From assembly GCA_020536535.1 (NCBI GenBank), contig JAHLWZ010000206.1:16268-80267 (forward strand): a DNA stretch of 64,000 nt, given 5' to 3'. The notes beneath the pieces were generated by a model. It had not been told where the DNA came from. It saw only the letters and a program-made list of their open reading frames with translations, and searched no databases. A program made the translations under genes and the position numbers. Shown piece after piece: positions 14,001-25,000 of this stretch; within the stretch, counting starts at the first letter, position 1, and each line of letters begins with the position of its first letter. The DNA comes from Pelomyxa schiedti (lineage: Eukaryota; Protista; Evosea).

Positions 14001-14926
14001 ATCATTGACTTGGGTCTTTCAGTGCGCGGCCGTAGCAAATGCTCTGGCAAAGAAGGAGGCGGCGACGCGGTCGACCTCGTCCCTATCATCGGGAACCTCC
14101 TCCCCATCGTGAGCCGCGGGTTGCTCGGCGGCGGCGAGTCCGCCGTCGCCGCCTGCGTTATCACCGGCTCGCTTCCCCTCAGCCCGCTGCTTGGCAGGGT
14201 GCCGGGCGGCTTCACCGGGCTCACGCCCCTGTTGCGGTCGGGAGGCAGCGACGGCGACCTCCACTTGACCGCCTCGTGCTCTACCCTCACGGCGCCTCTT
14301 CTCCCCATGCCCGGCTGCTGATTCGCGGCCACGGCGGGAGCCGCAGCCGATGGCATCATCATCGTGGTGGTCCTCGGGCCTGTCCCAGGGGGCAGCGGGG
14401 GCGACGGCGACGGCAGGGGAGCCGCCACGGGCTCCTCCCCCTCCTCCTCCTCCTCCTCGGGCGGCGGCGGAGGAGGCGGCGGCGGCTCCTCCTCTTCCTC
14501 GTCCGGGGGCGGCGGCGGCGAGGACGGCGGGGGAGGCGGCAGGGGCATATGGGCCACCGTCTCGGTCGACGGCGGCGCGCCCATGGGGTCGCCCCCCACG
14601 CGGCGGACGGCCAGGCGCGAGGCCAGGCCGTCCACGGCGGTCATGGACCTGGTGCGGCAGTGGTGGAAGGAGTCCGCCGCTGCTGGTGGTGGTGGCGGCG
14701 CTGCCCACGAAGGCTGCGGTGGCGGCGGCGGCGCCGCTGGGCCGCCGGCGCTCGGGGTCGATGCCGACGTGGGCGTCTGCGAGCGCGACGGGTGGTGGTG
14801 GTGCGACGACGAGGACGAAGCCGAGTGGTGATGACGGGAGGACGACGACGACGTGGAGGCTGTGTTTGATGTTGTTGTTGTTGTTGTGGGGGGTGGTGGG
14901 GGAACGAACCCGGGAGATGATGTCAT
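11072..14926 (-). CDS. Dbl-family RhoGEF with Pro-rich N-terminus and DH-PH-DH architecture; multi-exon
   Basis: DH1 runs from KRQQVANEILVTEKTYVDVLNII to LLIAPVQRIPR...LLLSDMLRSTPSVHPDF. A PH-like segment ends EAEEWRAAISNAI. DH2 runs from KRENMVSQLLATEADYVSYL to EMLQSTTKKHPDFDKL. Poly-Pro tracts at 13.5-14.9 kb. Confidence 0.88.
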
Positions 14927-15114
14927 TTGGTGTTACCTTTCTTTTTTATAGGTTTTTTTTCACGGGGTCGATTGGGTGTGGGTTTGTGGGCGTGTGTCGC
15001 CCGTGTGCTTGGCTCCTTTCTTGTTTTTTTCTTTTTTCTTTGTTTTTTGTGTTTTGATTTTCGTGGTAGTTATACGATTTTGTGAACAAACTTTGTGTTG
15101 AACTTGTGAAAAAA

Positions 15115-15166
15115 AGATCTGACTAGATCTAAATTGAATGCAGATCTGGTTCTCGAAAATGATCCT
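15115..15166. promoter_or_regulatory. Cluster of AGATCT/GATC motifs upstream of the RhoGEF start (candidate promoter element)
   Basis: AGATCT at 15115, 15125 and 15142, GATC at 15161. Similar clusters occur in other intergenic regions. Confidence 0.35.
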
Positions 15167-15176
15167 TTCCTTTTTG

Positions 15177-18100
15177 TCAGTGACCCTGAGTAAAGTTCGC
15201 TTGTGATTCGTTTTGATACAGGTCACTAGAAAATGTTTAGGTTTTGCGTTTGTGTCTTTGGTATAAAGGACCTTGTATGTGATGCCCTTTGTAGCCAGTG
15301 GGACTGCAATTGTTGTTGCATGAACTGGAATCCACCAGAGTTGAATGCAATTTCGGAACTCACCGCGGAACTGTTGGAATAGTGTGGGAGAAGAAAAAAA
15401 AAAAAGGAAGCAACATACAGGGATTTGGATATATCTGACAGTAATCCCAGAATGAAGGGATTGTTGGCTGTGGCAGATGTTTTTACTGATTGCTGAGCAT
15501 CCAGCAGTACCTATGAGAGAAGTGTAATTATAATGTTACATGGATAACTGGGAGGAATACTTTTCTGGCTTCGTCAAATCGGTGATTAGAAGCTGCCGTG
15601 GCAGCGGCACCAATTGCTGTAGCAACAGTAACGCGGTTTCGTTGCAAGTCTACATCAAGATTTGGGCCTGTATGCATAAGACTGGCATCCAGTGTTCGGC
15701 TGGAGATAACTGTGAAATTTCACAAAAACTCTTAGACACAACCTCACAGTCATGTTGCATGAAATCGCCTGGTGAGTTTGGGTTGCGGCAACGTCATATT
15801 CAACATCGACAACTAGGTAGCAGATGTTGCTTGTGGGAGATGATGCCGCCGCGGAGTTAAATGAAGGAAGTTGTACAACAAGAGGTATATCACGGTTCTC
15901 CTCACAAAAAACATCGGGTAGGGTTATACAAACTCTGTCAGGAGTTCCTGGACACAAGAGTTATCAACTTGCACATAAGTGATATCAACTACTCTGTGTA
16001 ACAGGGAAGGAAGTGTTCAACTTCAATATTTGCGAATTATTGGCAGAATTGATTGTGACCCTTAAGTTTTGGGCATAAACACTAAGCAAGCCGCCAAGGC
16101 ACCTTGCAAACGCTTCTTCTACCTTTGAATCATTTTCAATGTAGTAGAACATTCCATGTCCAAGCTTATATTTACGTTACTTCCGATGTATTTTTGAGTT
16201 TTTTGAAACCTCAGCAAGAGAAGAGAGTAGGGTAGCTGAAAAAAAAAAAATCAGAAAGAGTTGTTTGGCTTGGTGTTTACCATCGTGGTCAGGCCCATAT
16301 CCAAATGTATACAATGAAAATTGAACAGTTGTCTGTGAAAACAAGGTTTTAGCTACATCAGTTGTGAGGTAGTCCTGTCCTGCTCTTTCGTTAGCAGGAT
16401 ATAATAAGTGGCTGGGTAACCATCTGTCAGAAGCATTACTGCTGTAACGGGGTTGGTATAAGTCCTCTTTTCTAAAACTTGTATAGCTTTACTGAGCCCA
16501 GTCCTTATAGCTGACAGAATTTTAGATGAAAGTTTTGTTTTCCAGGCCTACATGTTCCCCCAAGATCAAGCATAGAATCAATAATCACATAGAAGTAGTC
16601 TTTGGTACATTGATCCCTAGGTTTTGCATGGGTGTTCAAAAAAGAGTATCGATAAGGTACATTCGTTGCAATCGAGTAAGCCTGTAAGCCGAATCATCGA
16701 ATGTTATCAGGCACAGTCTATCAGCTGCCGAGAGATTCCTCACTAAGGATTTGAGAGTATTTTGTACACTGTGAAGTTTTGAGCCGCTCATAGATCCAGA
16801 AACGTCAATCTATTTCTGTTAAGAAAGCTAATACGAATAGGTGGAAGTTTACCACTGCGATTAAATCTGTGCCAGCTCTACTGTCTAGAGTGGCTTCAGC
16901 ACGAGGTGCATTAAGGTGAACCAGGGTAAGAAGTTGAGCTGCATTGGAGTCAATCGAAGCAAATTCAGGAATCGCTCTCAGTTCCATGGCACTTGTTCCC
17001 ACTGCTTAAAGTTCAACCTTGAAGACAAGAGTCTAAAATACCATTATCCTGATGTGGAGGTAAAATAGAATCATCATCAGCATCAGAAATAAGCAAGTCT
17101 CTCCTACGTAGAGAGACGGGATATCCCCAATAATCTCTGATAAGAACTGTTCTTTGAGTGATGAAAGAGACTGCTGCGTAAGTATCTCGTGGGCGCCTCT
17201 CCCACATCTGAACATGTTAGATTTGAAGAACAAGATTGAATTTAAACCCTGGATGCATCTTCGTAGCGTATATGGCCATCTGGAAACTTGACTGCATACT
17301 TGTAAATAAATAGGGAACCTGGCACAATTCGTTTTGTAAGGCGCCAAATATGCCCTGATGTCCAAAGCATGCGGTTTTTTATTTCAAGATTCCAATTACC
17401 AAGAGGAATTGTATTTCCAATCTGGGTACCCAGTGAGTCCATTGCAACAAACGAGAATCCATACAATATAGACTTCTTCCCCTGGCTTGGTAAAATATTC
17501 AAGAGAAAACTCTACTCTCCAAGTCACGCATCTCATCAGAGTTTGGCATGTTTGTGCCAGGAGCGTTAGTAGGTCTGCATTGTTGATCGAAAGGTAATTT
17601 GCAATTAAAGCCCAAACTCTCTGATCCATTGGATATCGGGGCAAATGAAAACGGTGTCCTATGGGTCTGTAGAAAGATGTTGAGATAAATTATTGGCATT
17701 AGGGCTAGTGTACTTTGGATTCCATTTGTTCCACCGTATATCGTACCAGTACTTGATTTGACCACTATCATTCTCTCTGGACCAATAGTTCAGATGTTCT
17801 ATTTCACTTAGCGTTGGTTTGATCTCTTCAGCTAGGTGTACTTGGGTATGATTGCTACTTGCATTAACACTTTTCAGTACTGCGACCCGCCAATCCTGTT
17901 CTGAGGATTCGGTGGCAGAGTTGTTGCAGAGAGTGCGTAACATTTCAATAAGGAAAGATAGATTAGAGACATTGTCCAGCATTAACCCGCCAGCCAATCT
18001 GGCTGCTTCGCTCCAAAATAAAGGTGCTGTCTGGGCAGCTAGAATGGGCTCATTGCCTACTGCGGAAGATTCTGCATCGTGATTTGAAACATAAACGGTA

Positions 18101-19115
18101 TACAGAGTTATTCCCATGGAATGCAATAGTTCAGCTTCATCTTTCCAAAATATATCTTGGTCCGTAAAAGAAGGTGGATGTGGTTCACTGTCTCCAATAA
18201 GCACAAGAACTCGCCTGGCAGATGCTCTCCAGCTCATTGAACGCGCCTCCCTTAGTGCCAGTTCGTAGCACTCAGGGAAATCACCACCCCACGTTCCAGA
18301 AACAGTACGTATGAAAGTACACGCAGCCTTCGCGTCACTGGTTAGATCAAAACGTCGGAGTGTATAAGAGGCTACGCAATAGAAGTTAGTTTAGCAATTT
18401 TGCAGTCTCCATACTGTAAGAGTCACTGTAGTCCCCATGGGCAATAACCCCAAATCTTACATCAGGGAGTGCCTGTATCAAGCCTTCCACAGTCTCAAGC
18501 AAACTTCGCCTTACTTCATCAAGTTTGTTATACATGCTTCCTGTAGTATCCTATATACACCAGTTAGAACTTTTTTTTTCCTCATCCAATAGGGAGGAAA
18601 AAATTAGAAAAGAAACACACAAAAGAGAAAACCACATCCACTCCACAATGAGACCCCAAAGTAGCAGAACTCCCCCGTTTCGGGGTTTCGCCGAAGACGC
18701 TTTTGTTGGAAGAAGGAGGAGAACCAGGGCCCGCCGTCGTCCACCCTTCATACTGCGCCTCCTCGCCCACCTCGGCCAGGATTATGGGAACGACGGCGCC
18801 CTCGGCCCCCAGTCCCATAATCGGGTCGCTGTTGCTCAGCAATTGGCCGCTCACATACAACTTTTGCTGGTGGACCTCAACTCCGCACGCCGCCGAGATC
18901 AGAGCCTTGAGCTCCAAGATCGTGTGGCCGGGCTCAATTGGCGCCGGCACGTCGAAATCTGGGTCGCTGGCACCTTGGCGGTGCACCCGGGCCGTGAGTG
19001 TCCTCTGCTGGCCCAATTGGGCCCCAGTTGCCTGCGGAGGCGTCTGCATCTGTATCTGTGTCGGTTCGGGCGCAGTCGAAACAGAAGGAGCCGGCGGCTG
19101 TTGGTTGTCTGCCAT
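15177..19115 (-). CDS. Multidomain protein: ubiquitin-like - VWA - (F-box-like) - CBM20 starch-binding - second VWA; multi-exon
   Basis: Ubl: TILELKALISAACGVEVHQQKLYVSGQLL. VWA1: DVVFSFDTTGSM...GGDFPECYELAL...VLVLIGDSEPH. An in-frame intron at ~17667-17713 joins PIGHRFHLPRYPMDQRVWALIANYL. CBM20: VEFSLEYFTKPGEEVYIIGNTIPLGNW...MLWTSGHIW...YKYAV. VWA2: DLIAV-DVSGSMSGSKL...LLTDG. The protein ends SHWLQRASHTSDLYQNESQANFTQGH*. Confidence 0.8.
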
Positions 19116-19226
19116 TTGCAACTTGTTTTTTTTTGTGTTTATTGACCCGAAGAAAAATTTGGCGGTTGAGGGGGCATTTTGAGAAAAAAGGGGAAACAAA
19201 GGTCAAAAGAAAGAAAGTGATTGTAT

Positions 19227-20616
19227 TCAGAAAGTGCCAACAAAGTGGTGTGGTTTGATTGAGAACAGGTCCACTGTGTTCCTGTATGCTAGCCTGAACA
19301 CTGGGACACCTGTTCCAGTCCCTGGGCACACCACATGCCAACAATCATTCTCCAGCCACACACCCAGTAGGTGCCGGTATATCATTTTGGCAAAGAGGAA
19401 GAAGGGTACAAGCTGACCTGCGTGGGTGTGGCCAGATACTACAATGTCAACCCTCTTTGTGGCCGCTATGGATGGGAATCCCTTGGGCCGGTGGCATAGC
19501 AGAATGGAGCACATATGGTCTGGAAGAGCAGCGGTTCTTTGAAGAATGGACTTGAGGGACTGTATCACAACCCTAGCAGGAACATCGGAATGAATGGAGA
19601 CAGTTGAGAAGCTTACTCGGTGTTTTTCCTATCGTCTACGCCTATTAATTGTAGGTGCTCTCCATTCACAGTTATGATGGTTTGGGTATCCAGCAAAAGG
19701 TGTATGTTTGGTGCCCCGGCACGAATAATATCAAGTGCTTTCTGCTTTCCAAGGAGGCTAGTTCACCTGTGAGAAATATGCACACAACCGAGCGAAATTT
19801 CACATACAATTCATGATTTCCAAGAGACATATAAACTGGCACAGTGAGGTCGGCAAATGGCCGGACCATATCGGCGGTGCAACCAATATCAACCAGATCA
19901 CCTGGAATCAGAACCAGGTCTGGAGCACCTCGTTTTATCTCTCTCACAACCTAATCAGCGCCAAAAACAATGTGAAAACAGAGCTCTCAACCTGCTAGGA
20001 ATCTATGTAACACTGCTCTTTTTTTGTTTTTTTTTTTAAAAAAAAGAGAGATTTAAATTAATTAATTGTATCCCTCAGCCAGTGATTTGTTATTGTTTGT
20101 TATCACATATGAGACACGAAAGATACATACAGTTTCGGCCCACCATCTTGTTCTGACACCCAAATGTAAATCAGCAACAACCGCGATTTTGACCAAGTTG
20201 CCGCGCGGCGAACTTGGGTCGCAGTGCATGCAATTGAGCTGCCCGTGGTCTTTTCTCCACACAGTGAAGCCGGACGAGAACCCATAAGCGCAGACGGTCA
20301 GCCAGAACCTCAGGATCCACTTGAACTCCCACCGCAGGCCAGTCACGTCGACGAGCAAGAATATCCACGCCAGCGTGTGCGTGCAGCCGAAGAACAGCGT
20401 CAGGACCCACACGCACGGCCTGATGAGCACCCTGAGCTTCCGGTAGACGAAAAACGCGGCCATGCAGCACACCAGGGAGAACGCGCCGGCCCACGCCGCC
20501 GCGCACCGCGAGTCCGAGACGGTCGCGCGCCACACTTTGTACACGGGATACGCGGTGATAAGAACGAGCTCAAGAAGTGCCACAAACCCCACGAAAAGAC
20601 GCCGACGAAGCGCCAT
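19227..20616 (-). CDS. Membrane-anchored calcineurin-like metallophosphoesterase (YkuE/TMPPE-like); multi-exon
   Basis: N-terminal TM helices, then ADLHLG, PGDLVD, LGNHE, LLCHRP, VSGHTHAGQ and GTG motifs. Confidence 0.88.
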
Positions 20617-20901
20617 AGGCAACAACCCGCTTGAGGAGGAATAAATAATAGATAGATGGCAGAGAAAATCATCCGAAGGGTTCACGGAAAAGGGAGACAG
20701 TGGCGAGGGGGCGTTAGTCTAAGATGTCCAGCTTTCAATCCTGCCATGTTCTCAAGAGCAGGGGATCCCAATCACAAAACTCTGTGAGGTTCCTAAGCTT
20801 GTCGACGTTCTGAGGCCGGAAACCAACATCTCGAAAGGGAGCTTCTGGGTGCAATTCTCACTGTGCACAGTGAGCACACAAAACACAAAAAAATTCTCGA
20901 C

Positions 20902-21975
20902 ATGGCAGATTCAGCGCCTCCGCCCTCCGAACCGACTGCCACTGTAGCTCCTCCGAGTCCCTCTATTCCTGCACCCACCTCAGCATCCGTCGCCACTACG
21001 ATGCCTCCATTGTGGGAGCACCCCCACGGCGGCGCCGGCGTCATCCAAGCCACGATGAACAGCGGGTGCATGGTGCTGAAGCCTCGCGCCTCGTGCGGGA
21101 CGCTGCTCGAGGGCGACCCCGCCGCCGTGGCCGCGTTCATGCGCGACGCCGTGGGGCACATGGAGTCGGCGCTGGGCATTCTGGACTTCCACTTCAATTT
21201 CCACGACGCCGAGCCGGGGAGTCACAATCAGAATTGGAACCGTGGTCGGGCTCGGAACACTGCGAATGTGGATCATGAGCCTCAAAGCCCCAATGTCGGC
21301 AACCAGACTGGCAATTATGGGCAGAATCGGAGGAACCCTGGCCAGAACTGTGTGTATGTGTGCCAGAATCAGAGCCAGGCACAAATAGAAGTCAAAGTGT
21401 ATCACGGTTCACCACATGATAAGAGTGAAATTCCGGAGTATCCTGTGTGCATATCATGCGACCTGGACAACGCTATCTCGCGGTCAACTTTCATTGGGGA
21501 GACTGAACACCACAGAATGTGGCTGGATGCTCAGGGGAGGGACAAGCTCATCGTGACACCCAAGAAACACTACCTCTCCCTCTCAGATTTCTCAGACGCG
21601 GAGCTACTGGACTTTGTTTTAGCTATACGGCGATTGTGCCTCGATTGCCGGGTTCATAAGGTTTTCTCTGTCATTGTAAATCACGGGCAGTACAAGAACC
21701 ACGCCCACATCCACGCGAAAATCAATTTCGAAGCTTGCAACCCTCCTGAGAACATTGCAGCCAAAATGCGTGAAGTGGCTCTTTTTCCCAAAGAACTTTT
21801 GGCACAATATGTACCTGTTGAACCAGATAAAGCAAAAAACCTCCGAGGAGGCCACGGATACCGCGGAACTCGCGGAACTGGGTCCAGAGGAAGAGCCTAT
21901 CCCTATTCATCAACCCGCAATCAACAAGCACAAGTATCACAAACAACAACCCGCACAAGAGGGAACAAATGGTAG
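20902..21975 (+). CDS. HIT (histidine triad) domain protein, intronless
   Basis: KLIVTPKKHYLSLSDFSDAEL and VNHGQYKNHAHIH (HxHxH) motifs. Low-complexity termini. Confidence 0.8.
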   Translation: MADSAPPPSEPTATVAPPSPSIPAPTSASVATTMPPLWEHPHGGAGVIQATMNSGCMVLKPRASCGTLLEGDPAAVAAFMRDAVGHMESALGILDFHFNFHDAEPGSHNQNWNRGRARNTANVDHEPQSPNVGNQTGNYGQNRRNPGQNCVYVCQNQSQAQIEVKVYHGSPHDKSEIPEYPVCISCDLDNAISRSTFIGETEHHRMWLDAQGRDKLIVTPKKHYLSLSDFSDAELLDFVLAIRRLCLDCRVHKVFSVIVNHGQYKNHAHIHAKINFEACNPPENIAAKMREVALFPKELLAQYVPVEPDKAKNLRGGHGYRGTRGTGSRGRAYPYSSTRNQQAQVSQTTTRTRGNKW

Positions 21976-22076
21976 TAATATTATTTGTTGATCCCTGCCT
22001 CCAAATGACATCGAAAAAAAATTCAAAAAATGAAAATACTTTGCAGAAATTACATAGTTGTGGTGGTTATTTGGTA

Positions 22077-25000
22077 TTATAGCTTTCCTTTGATTGTATT
22101 GAAAAGGGAACGTCTGCTGCCTGTGTCCCTTATTTCCTTGAGAAGTTGATGCGAGGCTCCGTGCAGAGTAGCATCAGTCCTTGGTTCACGAACAAGGGAA
22201 AGGTCATAGAGATTCCTCTCTGGGAGTGACGGAAGCTCTAGAAGGAATGTGTGTAGTGGTTCTACCACATGGAACCGGTACGGCAGGTTCTGTTGTTGTA
22301 GAATTGCTTTGATGGCATTGTATACTAGGCCTATTTCGTTTTAGCCAAGTAAAATTAGTTATTGGGTTGCTTATTAACCAAACCTCTTTTGTAAAAGTTG
22401 ATGACACCATCTTTTATGTTCTTATTTCCTTCATCAATGTAAACCAGGTCTGTAAGAAACACTCCACTAAAGGAAGAAATTAAACTGGTCACCAGTCACA
22501 CAGAAGGAATACAAACATATATGGAATGGAAGGATCACTGGCGAATTTTCCTGCCATGGCAGCTCGTAGAGATTTGAACGAGCCACTAGGATTCATGAGG
22601 TCGTTGAGAGCTTGCCATGATTGTTGTAACTTGGGATTGATGAATTGGATGTGATGCTTCAGTCTCAAAATGGGTGAAAGATTCATTCCAACAAGAACTG
22701 CCATGAGCGTGCTAAAGTTATTGAGCTTGCATAGTATCTGTGTGAGTATTAGAAAAGTACAATAAACCTTATCTGTAAGGGACATACAGATGCAATATCA
22801 ATAAATTTGCTAAAAACTGCAGCTCGCTCTTGTTCCGTATGGAAACTGATTATTGTATGTGCGACCCAACAAGCAAGTTCATTTGCTCGAGAAAGCATTT
22901 TTCTGATATTAGGAGCCCGATAATAAAGTGCCGGGGTTTGCCAAGCCTGATCTAAAAGTTCCCGAGCCTTGTTTGGGAGATGCAATTGGTGAGTTCATTT
23001 GGGGTGAGAACGGACACACCTCAATTGCCTGGAAAATACCATATTCAATGTTGGTAAGTTGCTGGGCGATATCCTCATTCTTTGCTTCCATGAAGAAGGT
23101 AAGAGGACAAACACGTGCTGCAGGAAGCTATATGTGGTAGATAAATATGAGATAAAAAGACACAAAAGAGGCACCATGATGTCAATCAAAGGCACAAGTA
23201 ATGATTTAGTGCGACTGATCTTCATACTTGATTGGCGTTGTAACTCAGCCTGTAGTTGTTCTGCTGCAAAAGTTTCACCATCATTGTGTATCCTTTGGGT
23301 CAGAGAAGTAATTCTGGGTCAAAGAAGAGTGGTGAGGTTTTCTCACAACAAATAAGTCATACTCAGTAATAAGTGCCTCATCAAATTCGTCATACTGGTG
23401 TTCAATCCAGTATTTGAGGAAAATGGCAATTCGTTGCCGAATGACAGCAGGGCTCACAGGGAAATCTTTCGGGACTTCATATCTGCACTCGGCGTGAAAT
23501 TTTTTATTTCATTTGGAAGCCTACCGTTGAAGAAGCTTGTCAAATAATTTTCTTGGAGTTGCAAAGGTGCAAAGTGTTGTTATGAACGTTTCAGTATAGT
23601 CGTGATCTTATTGCGTCATAAGACGTATAAAATCGGCCAAGCAGAACAAACCTCGGAATTCGGTTGAAGTAGCATATTCAACAAGCTTGTTGAAGGTGGC
23701 TGTAGTGATTTCTGCGGCTGAGGTAGGAATTGGGGGGGGAACTGCAGGCTTCTGGGTCCAAACCTCTGTCCACAGATTGACATCAGTGTCAGCCTCTACA
23801 CTTGAAGTCGATTCTGGTTATTCACATGAGTGAGAACAGTCTTCCCCTTTTTTTTTTGACACCTGTTCTTTTGGCAATCAATTTTACTTCCTTTGCTGTA
23901 ACAATACAATTCAGTAGGTTGTCCAGCATTTTAACGAGGGTGTTTGTGTGTGCTGATAACTGCAAAACAATTGCTGCTGTTCCTTGGCGATGAGCAAGGG
24001 ATGCAATAGCTGACAACATGTGACAAAGAATTGACCTGTACAGATTTATTTGGTCCGAATGGCGTCATGGATTCCCTTACCTTATTCCTTGTGATACAGT
24101 GTTGCATGTCTTTTCTAGAAGTGTCACAACCAAGCACCTTGAAACTGGAACAGCTGATGCAGAAAGAAGTTGCTCATCTGCTCGTCCTTTGAGAGAAGAT
24201 GTACGAACCATTTCAGTAAGCTCTTTGATAACCTGCAGGCACTGAGGAAAACTTGCCCACAAACCAAAAAAAAGAAACTTTTAGAATCCCCGGTACTCCA
24301 GTATCAGGAGGAGCTGCCTTGGACTCCGTAATATCTTTTTCAGCTTTTTCAGAGCACACAACCAGCAGTTGGTGCAAATTTCCTGTACACTTGGAAACTT
24401 GCCCTTCAATTTGTGTATAAATGGGCTCTCCTGTAGTAACAGATGAAGCCGCTGACATAATGATAGAGAGAACAGAGTCGGCAAATGTCGCTGCACTTCA
24501 TTAGAAGGTTATAAATTGTAAAGGAACAACCGGATATCTCAACAATTTTTTCCATAGCGGCCTCAGTTTCTGCAGCTGCTCTTTTTTCTGCTGCAGTTGA
24601 CGGGGCTGAGAGAGATAAGTAAAACGATAACCAGGGTATGTATATACCACGACGTTGAAAGTTTTTTCCTTGCTCTCTTTTTCCCATTTTTCCTCTGGGA
24701 AAAGTTATAACCCATAAAATAAAAAGAAGATAAATCAAGCACAGGGAGAAAATAGTACCTTATACAAAATTTTTGGTAGTTACTCACTGCGGCTGATATA
24801 TCTAATGGGCTAGAAATATGTTAGATTGTATATTCCCCAAGCACTGGCTCAAAAACCGCTACATACATCAGGGTAATTTCTGTTGATGGAGATGGTGACG
24901 GCTTAGGTGAGGGGGAGGTGGTCAAGTCTCCCATTGTACAAATGGTTTGCTGAATATCTTCGCGGCTGAATGCCCTATTTCTTGGGCTTACACCACGTGA

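Noticed and set aside
14010-15057. Many overlapping long ORFs on both strands (also at 43.0-43.8, 49.7-50.7 and 52.4-53.6 kb)
   Set aside because: Expected shadow ORFs in GC-rich, stop-poor low-complexity sequence; no domain signal.
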